Under the pieces are notes generated by a model. That model did no database searches and had not been told where the DNA came from. It saw only the letters and a program-made list of their open reading frames with translations. Below, piece after piece: positions 12,544-25,903 of a DNA stretch of 55,244 nucleotides. Numbering within the stretch: the first letter of the stretch is position 1; each line of letters begins with the position of its first letter. Source of the DNA: Octopus bimaculoides (lineage: Eukaryota); NCBI RefSeq assembly GCF_001194135.2, contig NC_068983.1:159449343-159504586 (forward strand). Direction: 5' to 3'. The position numbers and the translations under genes are program-made.

Positions 12544-13413
12544 TACAAGGTCTGATTAATAAGTATCCGGACTGTTGCCATAGTAACGAATCTAAAGCAC
12601 GCAGAGTGAAGTTGCTCGGTAAAGATTGCCCTTGAACCCGGCTGTGCATGCGCACCAGGTTGTAATGTTCTAGCTCACTTCCGCTGTTTATAGCAAAGCT
12701 TGGAAAGAAGGTGTGTAGCGTGTGATCGTCGCATTGATCATGACATAGAAAGTTGTCATGGCAATACTTGCTCAGAGGCCTGCGCAAAGTTTCAGAAAGT
12801 GTATGGAGAGAAGTGTATGAGGTGCACACAAGTGTACGAATGGTTCTGACGTTTCCAAGATAGCCGAAAAATACTGATATTGATGAAAGTTCTGGTAATC
12901 AGCAGAATTGAGAAAAGCATCGCAGATATGCGTGCAGCTGTGAGGGGAAATCGTCGAATCATCATACGTGAGTTATCAGAGGATGTGCAGATTAGTTACG
13001 GTTCAGTTCAGTCCATTATCACTGAATATTTGGGTACGAGACACGTGTCTGCCAAGTTTGTGCCAAAACTGCTTTCAGCTGACCAAAATAGCACTCGGGT
13101 TTCAGTTGCGGAAGAACGATGAAAGCTTTTTGAAAACTTTGCGAAGACCCCTGAGCAAGTATCTCCAAGCTTTTGTCCAAATTTGATGCAGATTCTCTGC
13201 TCCATTTTCTTTGTCATGGCCAGAGCGACGATCACACGCTACACGCGTTCTTTCCAAGCACTACTATAAACAACGGAAGTGAGCGAGAAAGCTAAAACAA
13301 AGTGCGCATGCGCAGCAGCGTTCAAGGTCAATCTGTGCCAAGCGGCTTTATTCTGAGTGCTTTTGCTTCCTTACTATGGCAACAGTCCGGATACTTATTG
13401 ATCAGACCATTCA
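12544..13413 (+). mobile_element. palindromic non-autonomous mariner derivative (two 5' ends head-to-head)
   Basis: Near-identical 38-bp TIRs (ggtctgattaataagtatccggactgttgccatagtaa). Plus strand has N-terminal transposase remnants (VYEWF.RFQD; NRRIIIRELSEDVQISYGSVQSIITEYLGTRHVSAKFVPKLLSADQ). Minus strand from 13235 reads MEQRICIKFGQKLG (HTH start). Confidence 0.92.
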
Positions 13414-13419
13414 TGCGTA

Positions 13420-13800
13420 TGTCCAAACGAACAAGGTGCTTGAGCATAGCAAACCCCATGTGCTCTATAGTTGATGTTGCGTTCCTCTTGGGAAGATAAA
13501 AGTACAATAGGAAAGCGAAAAAAGAGACATATACAATCCTTTTAAATACGAGTTAGCACGACTGTTGAAAGTGAAAAAACTGAGGACAAGTGCCAATTAT
13601 TGTTGGGGCTTTGGGAAAATATCAGAAAATACCGAGAGGAATATAAATAAATGAGAATAGGTAACTCATTAGATCTGTTGCAGAAAGTTTGCCTTACCAG
13701 GAAATTATCAGTAGAACAAATAGAACGAAACAGGAGGCTGCAGGTAGCAAACCCACTACACCTGGTGCTTCCAACAAAAACTGAGTTACAAGAATGCTAA
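13420..13800 (+). mobile_element. R4/Dong-like RLE LINE, 3' end fragment
   Basis: Frameshifted QTNKVLEHSKP / IVDVA / LKYELARLLKV / VPIIVGALGK / DLLQKVCL match restriction-like endonuclease C-terminal motifs. Confidence 0.75.
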
Positions 13801-13804
13801 TGAT

Positions 13805-13955
13805 ATTAATTCTTTCAAATTTTGACTAAGGTAAACAAATTTTAGTGGGAGAAGTTAGTCCATTACACCAACCCCAGTACTTGACTGTTTGTCTATTTTA
13901 TAGTCTCTAAAAGATTGAAAGGCGAAGTTGGCATCGGTTGCATTAGAACGTTGAG
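13805..13955 (-). mobile_element. decayed Nin/Deu-like SINE
   Basis: cccagtacttgactg...aaagattgaaaggcgaagttggcatcgg..ttagaac aligns to the reverse of the family at 10477. Confidence 0.6.
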
Positions 13956-14988
13956 ATTGTATGTAAGTGCAATAAAATGTATACATATTTGTTATAAAAC
14001 GTGATTGACAAAACAAGCAAACAAAAACCAGGTAAGGGCTAAAGACAGTTCGTAATATATTAAGGTATACTAAACATTGTTTAATATTCGCACACAATTG
14101 AATGAACGACAACTTGCACATTTATTCTTAATGCGTTTCGGCAGGTTCTAATCCAAATATACTAACCGCTGGTGTGTTAGTCACAGGAGTACAGCTTCTC
14201 TTTTACGACGACTATGTGCTTTATAATCGATGCCCCAGGCATTCGGTTTTGATTTGGACAAACAAAATGCATCTAACGCCCTCTGGAAAACCCTGATGCA
14301 TGATGTGAAGGCTATTCGTTGTGATCTTCAAAAATATCCTATTTTCTGAATATCTTAATTTCTCATCTTAATTCATCCTCCTTAGTCAGCATATCCTTAT
14401 AATTAGACGTCAGAAAGCCCAATTTCTTTTTCCTCAAAACTAAATTTATTATTTGCAGAAATCTAAGGTTCATATCACCTTGTGGAGTGGGGGTTCTCTT
14501 GACTTATACCCCCCCCCCCCTTATATGGTTTTCTTCCCTCAATTCATCTTTATTTACTGTCCCCGACAGTTTGCCAGCACGGTTCACCTTCACCCTCAGT
14601 TCACTTCCCATAGTCTGAAGACAATGGCGTTGTACTACTGAAGTGAGAGCTTCGGTTTCCTAGTCGCCGGATTCTAATTGCGGGAATGAGACGTTTTTTC
14701 TCGTCAATCTTGATAGTTGTGAATTGCTTTTGTTTTGGAAGCAGTTAATTCTTGATCTTACTGCTGTTCTTGATTGCTATGCCACTTGCAACCGCTATTT
14801 TCCGCTTTTATTTTTCCATTTCCTCGGGATAGAAAGACATCAAATTATATTTACTGTCATATATGTAGGAGTTGGCGGTTTTGATCTGCACCACCAACTA
14901 CATCACTTATATCTCTGCTCTTTGATGAGGTACAGCTTTTGGAAGCTCTGTTACCGATATCTGCTTGCAGTGAACAGTAACGGCATAT

Positions 14989-15221
14989 TAATAGTAACGA
15001 TAATAATCCTTTCTGTTATAGGCACAAGGCCTGAAATTGTGGGGGAGGGGTACAGTCGATTACATCGACCTCAGTGCGTAGCTGGTACTTATCTCATCAA
15101 CCCCGAAAGGATGAAAGGTAAAGTCGACCTTGACGGAATTTGAACTCAGACCGTAAGGACGAACGGAATGCCGCTAAGCATTTTGCCTGGCGTGCTAACG
15201 ATTCGGCCAGCTCACCACCTT
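14989..15221 (-). mobile_element. Nin/Deu-like SINE, full length
   Basis: taataatcctttct...ggcacaaggcctgaaatt...ccccgaaaggatgaaaggtaaagtcgacc..ggaatttgaactcag...gctaacgattcggccagctcacc. Confidence 0.9.
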
Positions 15222-15359
15222 TAGTTATAATAATAATAACAACAACATCCGTTTCACTAGTTTAATAAAGAAAATCGAAAACAAAAGCATCATATGTCAG
15301 GTATCATTAATTTACAACATCCACTTCGGTGAGCTGAAACTAGGTGGAACTAAAACAGT

Positions 15360-16500
15360 CATGGACCTTGCATTTTGAACTTACCGTCATAAAGCTGATA
15401 TACATAGGACATATTTACCATGAACATAAGAAAATGAATGACCTGAGGTAAATAGTGAAATATTACAAAGTAACAAGAGTGAGTGTAGAAAAATACATAG
15501 AAGCAAGTAAATGTAGACTGTATAAGAGGAGAAAATAGCTATTATTTTTTCCTTTCTGTGAGGGACATGAGCACAAACTAGAAGCTAATCATAGCGAGAT
15601 AATTACTAAACATTACCAGTGAAACCAAAAAAGATAGCATTGAAGTAGAATTAAAAAGAGAGATACAAAAGAAAAAATACAGAAAAATCTCCATGCTCAA
15701 TATCCGGCAAGACTGGACAGTGATGAAGTGATTCAATATGAAAGACAACACTAGTTCAAAGGCTTTGGAGTAAAAGGCAGAAAGGAAAAAAGTCTAATTT
15801 TAGCTGCAGCAGATCAATGCTTAAATACAATAACCAAAAACTATCAAAATAAAATAAAACAGAAGGTAATGTCAATTTCAGACTATAGAACCAATTTAAA
15901 GAAACAATCAATCACCTAATTTCTGGCTACCCAATCCTTGTAAAGACAGAATATATCCACAGATATAAAGAGGTATGTATTTATATTCACTGCAGACGCT
16001 TTCACATAGAAAAAAAGCAACAACTGAGAACAAATGATAGATTCGGTATGTGCATATGGTATAGCAATGATACTCTGGAACATAACTTCCCAGGATCAAA
16101 GCAAACTCCCATACGCCATAATAAAAAGAAAACAACAACAAAATCCATGCATTCTGATGGATATTTTGTTCGATTCCTTCAAGCTCACCATTTAGAATGA
16201 TGTTATAAAGCAACAACAGTACAAAGATCTTGAAATGATGATAGCAAACATGCGAGATATAAAAGGAAAAACCGGATCCAATATTAATTAGTGCGATGTG
16301 TATGATAAAATATAAAGAACATGACCAAAGTATAACTTCAGTATCAGGTATTTACTCACAGTGCAAAAATATTAAACTTGATTCTACGCAAAGTGGTTAC
16401 ATAACTAATACAACTTGCAAAGAACGTGCTTTATATAACAATTCCCTTCGATACGTTATAGATTTTACAACAAACGAGAATTAGATTAAAGCAACACAGC
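15360..16500 (+). mobile_element. R4/Dong-like RLE LINE 3' region, decayed
   Basis: Remnant motifs KADI.R.YL, LHAQYP, LILAAADQCLNT, INHLISG.P.L.KTEYI, YKDLE with many stops and frameshifts. Confidence 0.75.
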
Positions 16501-16885
16501 AAGAAACAAAAGAAAAAAAAATAGAAAAAATCCCACAAAATGCAAATTGACTTCGGTTTTTCAGAGATATGTATTTTATCGACCTTGGTAGGATTTATTG
16601 CAGAGGTAACAGTACAGTGATTTAAGAGGTATCCTAATGTCGTAAGGCGATATTGCTCGGTGCACTATTGATTATGTTATTCACTATTCTGTTAATATTA
16701 TCACTAGTAACACTTTTCATTGAGCTCCTAAACCTGCCGCTCTACGTTCAAATAATAAGTAAAATAATTATTTCCAATATAGAGACGCGGCCTAAAATTT
16801 GCAGGCGTGTGTTTATTCGATGATATCGATGAGCAGCTAACTGGGTTAAGTAGATGATGGTGAGCAACATAAGACTGCTCTCTGC

Positions 16886-16958
<73 letters not shown>

Positions 16959-16974
16959 GGATGATGATGATGAT
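16886..16974. repeat. (GAT)n microsatellite
   Basis: Direct reading. Confidence 0.95.
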
Positions 16975-17077
16975 ACTATAAAACCTGGATCACTGGCTGG
17001 AGCCTATAACAACAATACAACTAATATTAATTATGGTTTCTAATATTAGTACAAGGATTCAGATTAAGACAGGGAAA

Positions 17078-17177
<100 letters not shown>

Positions 17178-17599
17178 AGGAGAAAGAACTATCGAATAAA
17201 TCGATCTCAGTATATGGCTGGTATATAAACGTCAGGAGAGATAAATAAATAAATAAACACCTCTATTGCAATTAATCTGAAGTTGCTTGTCAGAAAACTT
17301 TCGAGTGGTTTTCAGCCATAATGACTTTACAGTTGGAATATCTGTACTAAACAATAATGGAAAATATGTGCACAAACTGTTATTGAATACTTACATAGAA
17401 GCTCAAAGAATATTGGTGAAACATTCCCATCAAAACGTCATGAAATCCAAACATAACATATGTGATAGAGTTATTTGGCACAAGTCAAAAGAAAAAAAAA
17501 GGAGAGAAAAGAAAAGAAAAGAAAGATATAAAAGAAATTATGTGCAGCAACGAAGGTCAGTTACCCTACAGATGAAAACAATTTTTCAAAACGAATATT

Positions 17600-18400
17600 T
17601 ATGAACGGTTGCCTGGAAATCATCACCTTTTCTATCCTGATTACACCATCCTGTGGGTGGAATTGAAATCCTCAAGAAACACTCATTTTCTGATGACCTC
17701 CTCTGTGACCTCAAAAGTGCAGGACAAACAAAGTTCGGCAAAGAATTGAATGGAAAACCACACATTAGTTATGCAATTTGAGAATGATCATAATTTGACC
17801 CTTGGTTTGTCAGAATTTGAAGTTTACACATCTGTAATCGAAGAGCATGTGATAGCTATGAATTACCTAATGGACACACAAGAGATAGAAGCCCTTAAAC
17901 TCTCAAAATACAATTGCAGATGACGATCATTTCACTCTTCTGTTGAAAACATGAGACATGTAGTGAGCAGTCACCGAGGTACTACATCCTAACACAACAT
18001 GAAATTGTTGCTAAAACAATAACTGCGAAGCAATATACAGTGCTATCTGCAGAAAAGGCTGCTCTTGGATAAATGTAAACAACACCACTACTATTTAATC
18101 CGTGCATAGATATATCGGTGGAACATTTCCTTGAAAGATTGTACAAAGTCCAAGCATAACATGCGTGGTATAATTATTTGGGATACAAAAGAAAAAAAAA
18201 GTTGTGTTTAGTCATAAAGACTAGCTACCATGCAGATGTGATCAAAAATCAACGGAAAGAAGAATATTTATGGACAACTTCTTTGAAACCCGCAGCTCCT
18301 GTACTTTGATTATAAATTCACATTTATGACAGTAATTATTGGCGCACTTAGTTATACTAGTAAATATCTTAATAGCGTCTGGAAAAGCTAGGATTCTCGA
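17600..18400 (+). mobile_element. very decayed RLE-type LINE fragment
   Basis: TSVIEEHVIAMNY, VENMRHVVSS and YILTQHEIVAKT resemble the QEQ.I.T.NY / E.I.H.VS.C / RH..VAK zinc-knuckle region. Confidence 0.4.
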
Positions 18401-18780
18401 GCCAAGAAAGAGACCATCTAACACGCACTTCGTTAGAAATCAGCTACTAGATTCTAGAAAGAATTCTAATAAATAAAATGTGAAGTCATACATACAGCAT
18501 AAATATTTCTTTGTAAACCAGCAGGCATGAAATATTAAGACGTCATTTTACACTTACGGTATAGGTAATGTATGTTAGGTAACGAATACATACACACATA
18601 CATACACTACACATAAACACCCATATTTAAACGTATACATGTATGCAAATATACAGACTCACGGTCATCTATAACAAGCATGTATACACATAACAGTGTA
18701 CGTTAGTATAAGCACGTTACAAATGTAGGTACGATACACGATATAGATAACAGATAGAATCAAGTTATCATCTCTCTTGC

Positions 18781-18960
18781 TATATATATATATATATATA
18801 TATATATATNNNNNNNNNNTATATATATAATGTATATATATATATATATATAATGTATCTATGTATGTCTATGTATGTATGTGTTTGTGTGTGTTTGTGT
18901 TTGTGGTGCGCATGTGTGTGTATGTGCATGCGCGCACGCGTGTATGTTTGTGTGTATTTA
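18781..18960. repeat. compound (TA)n/(TG)n microsatellite with 10-N gap (18810-18819)
   Basis: Direct reading. Confidence 0.9.
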
Positions 18961-20166
18961 TATGTTTATATATAAGACGAAGAAGTCGCAGAGTATGTAA
19001 ATTCTGATGCAATCAGAGTGATTCAAAAGTTGGGAATTTAGTTTCTGCCGACAGAGGTTGGTCAAATGCCAACATCAAGGTTACGCGAGTAGAAATGGGA
19101 GACAATTTGATACATTTCCTATCAATATAGGACAACAACCACCATGATAACAGCGTGGATGGAAATATTTGTGCCCAGTTTATCTGTTTTTCTGTTTGTC
19201 TGTGTGTCGGTCTATGTATTGAAAAGTAAGCATCTACACTCATGTGTTCCTCTCACAAGATACGGATGCGTCCCAGTTACGCGAACACTGTAATAGATTA
19301 TATATAGGCCCAAATACTTTCATAGTATATTGGATCAACCACCAATATCTATGGCTATTAACGTCACATACTTCAGAGATGCATCTTATTCGCCGTGGAA
19401 TAAAACACTTGCCTGCTTTAGCGCCTTCGTTAACTTTTTTCCATCCTACTCTGTTGTCTACTTAAACTGTGTCTGATATTTCTTGACATCTATGGCACTT
19501 CCAATACTACCCACATTCCTTTCTCTGTATGATATAAACCAATCGAGTTTGCCTTTTTGTTTCGCATATTCTTTTTATCAAGCACACTTTCAGCTCGCCA
19601 TTTTCTTTTGATTTATTTCATTGTCTACGTTCGAGTTCCTCTTTAGATTTGCAGGAACGTGCCTTTTGCATGTGGTTATTCTTGCTCATCTCTAAGCCTG
19701 AACTATCAGCAGAACCACGGCACTACATACATACGGGTAACGAAATCCATTTACCATGTCTGTTCCCTTATCTACATCTCTATTATAAAATAAACCCTGT
19801 TACCCCTCGCTTTCTAGATTCTGTGGTAGAAACAATTTCTGTTTTGTTCTAAATTCTCTCTTGTCTTTGTCAAATCGTAAAAACATGTGAGTAACTTATT
19901 GGACAGAAATTCTTGCCAGTCCTTGTAAGAGCAGTTTTTAATTCCATGCTACTGTCAACTTTATGTACATTTCCTTTGTATGAACCGAGGGAGAATCCTT
20001 TACGTGATCGCTAGACATAAGAACTGATTTGCCCCAAATTCATCGTGCTGTTTTTAAAACATAAAAGATGCATTGGGCTATGTAGAACATAAATTAGAAA
20101 ATGTCCAAATCGTCACAGTTAGAAATCCTTTTATCATAGGCCAATTGAATCAAAGAAAACGAAGTA

Positions 20167-20320
20167 ATCAACAACAACAACAACAACAACAACAGCAACA
20201 ACAACAACAACAACAACAGCAACAACAAGAACAACAACAACAACAAGAACAACAGCAGCAGCAGCAACAGCAAAAACAAAACAAAAGCAACAAAAACAAC
20301 AACAGCACCAACTTCAACAA
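20167..20320. repeat. (CAA)n/(CAG)n microsatellite
   Basis: Direct reading. Confidence 0.9.
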
Positions 20321-23300
20321 CAGAATCCTCATCTAATGAATCGAAGCGATGTGAGAGCCACTTTGCAGTCATTTGATCTTCTATAAACAGAAGGTGCATC
20401 TCCTTTAAATCACATCTAAATCACATCTAAACGCAGAAATCATTACGTTACATAATGCAATCTTACATAGCTTTAAAACGATGCGGCAGTGAATCCTATT
20501 CTGTATTTGAACTGGGTTAAATGTTTGATCGATTAGCGATGATCTTGAATTAATATCAGCAGAAACTGAATTAAATGCAACCTGTGCCATGTTTTCTACA
20601 TACAGGTGAAGCTGAAATTCGGTTATATAACAGTTTTCTTTTGATCTGAGGCATTTCCTCTCATATCTGCAGGATTAAAGAAGAAAGTGTGTGTAATCTT
20701 TACTACTGGCTGATGATTGTTCTCTAATTGTGAGCCTTTCCTTTATAACTGTCATCCTCCTTTCCATCTTCTCCCATTCGTTTTCGCTTATTGTATTCCT
20801 TCTGAGTATTTAGATTCTTGTGTTTTGTGTGGCTAAAAGTATGTTTAAAGTTTAGGGTCCTTCGTTTAGCAGGTTGATCCTTTATCCGCATCTGTAAGTG
20901 CAGAGCTGGGAGAAATTTTTTGGAAAACTGGCTGTTGTTCATACATATGTCTTCATTCTGCATTTCACTATTCTTATCGAAGGGAAAAACCACCGCTTTC
21001 GAATCGATACAACATGCAAAACCCTGAACATATTCTGCAAGTATCGCGCTCAATACTCTAACAGTTATACCAATCCACCGCCCTGTATTGGAACTTTCTT
21101 TATCAACTTCAAAAGAACGAGTGATTATGCGGAATTTGTCAGTATTTAAACTGAGAAAATAGTGAGTCGAAACCTGGAGCCATTCTGTCCAATGCTGTAA
21201 CACCGCAGCCAATTCATCACCGCATAATATGTATCCGTTTTGTTTTCATATTCCTGTTGTTCCTTTCTCTTTGTATAGTTGGACATATTTATCTATCATT
21301 ATCTTTATCCTTTACTTTACTGTATGTATATGCGTGCGTTTGAATGGGAATACGCACTTGTGTGATTCTCTTCAGGTACGCATATATGCATCAATAATTC
21401 TGTATATCATATTTATTCGTTACAATTTTCACTTTCTTTCACCCTCTTCTTTTCGTTGCTTTGTCATCTTCCTGGTCGTCTGCCCATGCTCACGTCAATA
21501 ATTAGTTTATATCTACACCAACCAAAGGCGATGTGTAAAGCGTTAACATTCTGTTCCCACGACACCAAAACTTATCCCGCTTTCTGAAATTTAGTGTTAC
21601 CTGCGATAAATATGTTTTGTTCAATAACTTAACAACTGGAATTAGAAATGAAATCACAGTTTGTGTTCCAGCATTCGACAACCTAACTTACTCTGCCATT
21701 CCATTGGCAACAATTGGAAAATATATGTTTTAACCCTCCGAATAATGATACATACAAAGGTACTAAATTAATCTACTCATGTATCTTACAAGGATGTAAT
21801 CATTTGGATCAAGGCACACAGTTCGAACCAGCAAGAGCTAAACAGAAAGAGAGAGAGGGAGAGGGAGAGAGATAGTGAAGGGAAATAGAGAGAGTGAGTG
21901 AAGAAATAAAATATTTTAACAAATACAATAGAACAACAGTATTTGCAAACATATGGTGATAAAGTCTTGTTAGCAACATGGAAACTGCAAGTATAGAAAA
22001 TCGCTTTGCAGGGAATACCACCAGAATTGTAACCTCGTTGGAATGGATTGAAAAATTTCAACTCTTGGCGACTGCATGTATGTAATGGTGAGGCAATATA
22101 GACTGGGGTTGGGTTTTGTCGTATGTGTGATTTATAGAACTGAAATGAGGAATGGTAGTAGTTTCATGGGTAGAAGTGCTACTTATAGAGTCATAATGAT
22201 TGTAAAAACATGGTAAGAGGAACTCCTCAAAGTTTAACAGAGCTCCATTTTACTTCGGGGAGTAGGAGATTTCAGGTTTTATAAAGCAGCTTGAGAACCC
22301 TTTGTGTTTTCACGTCTATCAGCTTATGGCAGTAAATGATTGCTTCCAGCTCTTACCAGTCATATTCAGTGCTGAGCAGCTGTAGCGCAGTACTTGTAAT
22401 TTTAGGAATTGTCCAAAGGATGGAAGTATTGCATGATTGCATCAGTTATTCGAGTGGTTGTTCCGTTTAGGTTACACGTGGTCAACTGTGAAATACAGCT
22501 TATGCTAGAAGTAAGTGAACAATTCTGACGATGTAAAGTACCAAAGGCTTCAAAAGGAAGAAGTTGTAGCGTTGTAAGATGATGTGTGCTGAGTAGATTT
22601 GATTAGAAAGAAGACAGATGATCCGATGTATCAGAAGACACTGAGGTCGTTTGGTAAACAGCGGGTTTCGGAGTACAAAATAATTCCTTTTGTATTCAAA
22701 TTAGAACAGCGGTTCTCAATCGGCGGACCATGACCGAATTATTTGTGGTTCACAACAAAAAGACAAAGAAGAAAAAAAGGAAACGAAAAAATCATTTGGC
22801 ACATATTACAATAGTATTTAACATTAGAATATATCTGTATTTGTTCAAAAGTAGACATATTTTAATTGTTTTTCATTAGCTTTCATTACTTGAAGGGTAA
22901 TTGAATTTGTTTTGTTTAATGTTTGGTTTAATTTCATTGATTTTTATGGCTAAATGACTCACACAAATATTCAGTAAATCGAAGTGTTTCACAATGAAAT
23001 ATCATCTGAGAGCCCTTCGTTAGGAATCAGTCTATGAATAAATGAACATCCCAAATATGGATAGTGCGTTGTGTAAGCTTATTAATAATGGGACGAGATT
23101 AGAAAAATGTTTTACGTTAACGAACGCAGTCATTCTCAAATTAGTACTTCTTGGCATCGACGCTAAGAGTTAGTAAATGTCTATGTTATGATAAGTGAGC
23201 ATTCAGACTAACAGAATGTAGGTTTCGCTTTTATTCTGGCAGCAGTGAATAGTTCAACTAAACTGAAACCGTTCCATAGACAATATATCAGTTTAGACTG

Positions 23301-23538
23301 CTCTCTTACTTTGCAAAGACGTAAATCTTGCCTAAACAATGGGAACTGTTTGCTTTTCAATGGGATTTCTCCGCCAAAACTGTAATGTTCTTTCAACAAG
23401 TTACACCACAGACTGTTTACATGAAATGCGATATGAATTGCCTTTGAAGTTGGAAAGCACGTGTGTACGGTTATTATCAAGTAATATGTTATATATACAC
23501 GCACACAAAAATACACACTCACGTACGTACATACACTG

Positions 23539-23542
<4 letters not shown>

Positions 23543-23588
<46 letters not shown>

Positions 23589-23725
23589 GAGCATATATAT
23601 ATATACGAGCATATATACATGCATGTTTGTATACATATGCATACACATATACATATACATATATATATATATATACATATGTATACACACAGACGTATAT
23701 ATATATATATATGTATATATATATC
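23543..23725. repeat. compound (TA)n/(TACA)n microsatellite
   Basis: Direct reading. Confidence 0.9.
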
Positions 23726-25002
23726 ATAACTGGTTTATTTATGCATGTTGATAACCAATGTGTTGACTGCCTGTCGCCAGCTAGATTCAATGGTACCACA
23801 TCAGAAAATACCATTTTATTGATTGTTAAATCGGCTTGCTCTCCAGTTGTACCATTCATAGTATATACTTATCTGCCATACTGGCAGATATCCATTAACC
23901 TAGAAGACCACTATGTAACACATTATTTTGGTATTTTTCTTCTTATCTTTACGCTTGTTTTCAGACTATCCCCATCAAATGTTGAACAAGATTAAGAGAA
24001 AAAAATAAATAAGAAAGAAAATATCAACGAATAATGGAGGTAGTTATTGAAATTAACTTTCAAAATAAGGAATTCACTTTCAAGGACAATGTAGTTCTTA
24101 ATTTTATAGTGAAAAAAAAAATAAAAGAAAAGAAAGAAATGAAAGCTTGTCTGTCACTGACATTTTTGTTCTTAGTTTACAAACATGTTCTAAAACTTTT
24201 AACCACAAGTGATTTATTAAACAAGTAACCCCCTATTGTGATGTAATTAAACACAACATTAGAGTTTGATATCTCAGATATTGAAATGATTTAAAGAAGT
24301 AAATGGGTGTGCCTCAATGACATTTCAATAAAACTATGCTCACATTAAAGAAAAATCTTAGAACCACAATAAAAAAACATAGTGAGAAAATCCTGATAAT
24401 TAGAAAAAAAAAAAAACTAAACTGCTGCATGAGAAAGATTTTCATAGATAACCACAGATATAAGCTGTGAGACTGAGGAGTTTGCTTGGCAAGCATACAG
24501 AGATAGGTTCCATTCCATAGCGCAGCATCTTGATCAAATGTCTTCAGCCAAAGTAAAGTGTTGAACAATGCTTTTTAAGAGAAATTTTGTACACGAAAAA
24601 TGTGTGGCAGTTCCTCTCCCTCCCCTCTTTCATCCCTCTCCTTCCCTTCTTCCACCTTCCTCACCCTCCTCCCTTCCTCCCCTCTCTCTATATATAGATA
24701 GATGTATGTAAATTTATACCTTTGTGTGTATCTATGTTTAAACCGGGATAAAGCGGTGCGTTGAGACGCATCCTTTACGCCAAAAGTTAACTTAGTCGTT
24801 TAGAGGTCGCTAAACAAGGTAGTGGTATAGATATGATCAGCCAAAAGGTTCTGTACTTGAGATCAGCAAATTATATATATATCCGTAAATCCACATATAA
24901 AAACACTGCTCCACCACATATATAATTTATAGGTTAGAGACAGATGTTCTCTGTATAGAATACACTTGGAAGTGCTCTAGAGATTTGAACTTGAGCCGGT
25001 AC

Positions 25003-25574
25003 ATGAGTAAATGCAAAGAGAAGTGAATTAGGCAAGTCGATTTACACAGAATATTAAATACATTTAATAGAAAAAAATGTACATGTGTATGGATATAAAA
25101 TAGTCCGACTTAAAGCATATAAATGATATCAGAAGTTAAATGGGCAGAGTTTTACGACTCTAACAGCTGTTTCTGGTTGCTTGGTAGTCCAGAATAATGA
25201 TAGTTGCTTGGATCCATTATCGGATAACACCACCTCCGTCTTCAGGGGAGAAATTTACATTTGAAGTGTTGACAGGAGGAAGTTTATAGATGGAGTTTAA
25301 ACTCCATCCTGTCAACACCTCAAATGTAAAATTCTTCTCTGAAGACGGAGGAGGTGTTATCCGATAATAGATTCAAGTAACTGTCAATATTCCGGATCAC
25401 CAAACCCTCAGAAACAGCTGTTGCACTCGTAAAACTTTACCCATTTAACTCCTGATATTACTTATTTCTGTAAGTCGGACTATTTAATATTCATACACAT
25501 GTACACTTTTTCTGTTAAATGTATTTAATATTATGCGTAAACCGACTTGCCTAACTTGCTTCTCATTACATTTA

Positions 25575-25579
<5 letters not shown>
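25003..25579. mobile_element. fold-back element C (~577-bp near-spacerless palindrome)
   Basis: atgagtaaatgcaaagagaagtgaattaggcaagtcg... vs ...cgacttgcctaacttgcttctcattacatttactcat; axis gatggagttt|aaactccatc at 25298/25299; right end enters (TA)n. Confidence 0.95.
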
Positions 25580-25610
<31 letters not shown>

Positions 25611-25903
25611 NNNNNNNNNNNNNNNNNNNNNNNNNNNNNNNNNNNNNNNNNNNNNNNNNNNNNNNNNNNNNNNNNNNNNNNNNNNNNNNNNNNNNNNNNN
25701 NNNNNNNNNNNNNNNNNNNNNNNNNNNNNNNNNNNNNNNNNNNNNNNNNNNNNNNNNNNNNNNNNNNNNNNNNNNNNNNNNNNNNNNNNNNNNNNNNNNN
25801 NNNNNNNNNNNNNNNNNNNNNNNNNNNNNNNNNNNNNNNNNNNNNNNNNNNNNNNNNNNNNNNNNNNNNNNNNNNNNNNNNNNNNNNNNNNNNNNNNNNN
25901 NNN
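25611..25903. other. assembly gap (N run)
   Basis: N run. Confidence 1.

Noticed and set aside
14200-14720. Possible decayed RTE fragment on the minus strand
   Set aside because: Only vague motif echoes
20073-20336. PolyQ protein exon
   Set aside because: Explained by the (CAA)n microsatellite; flanks are not protein-like and there are no convincing splice sites
22250-22480. tgtagcgcagtacttg shared with the CR1 fragment at ~101-116
   Set aside because: Probably a very decayed CR1 piece, but too short and degraded to call
22706-23013. cagcggttctcaa as a hAT-type TIR
   Set aside because: No clear matching right TIR or 8-bp TSD
23965-24010. Strong plus-strand acceptor (cttgttttcag) at ~23965
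   Set aside because: All frames close within ~15 codons and there is no supporting upstream exon
24740-24820. Two small hairpins as a possible miRNA or structured RNA
   Set aside because: Stems are too short for a pre-miRNA
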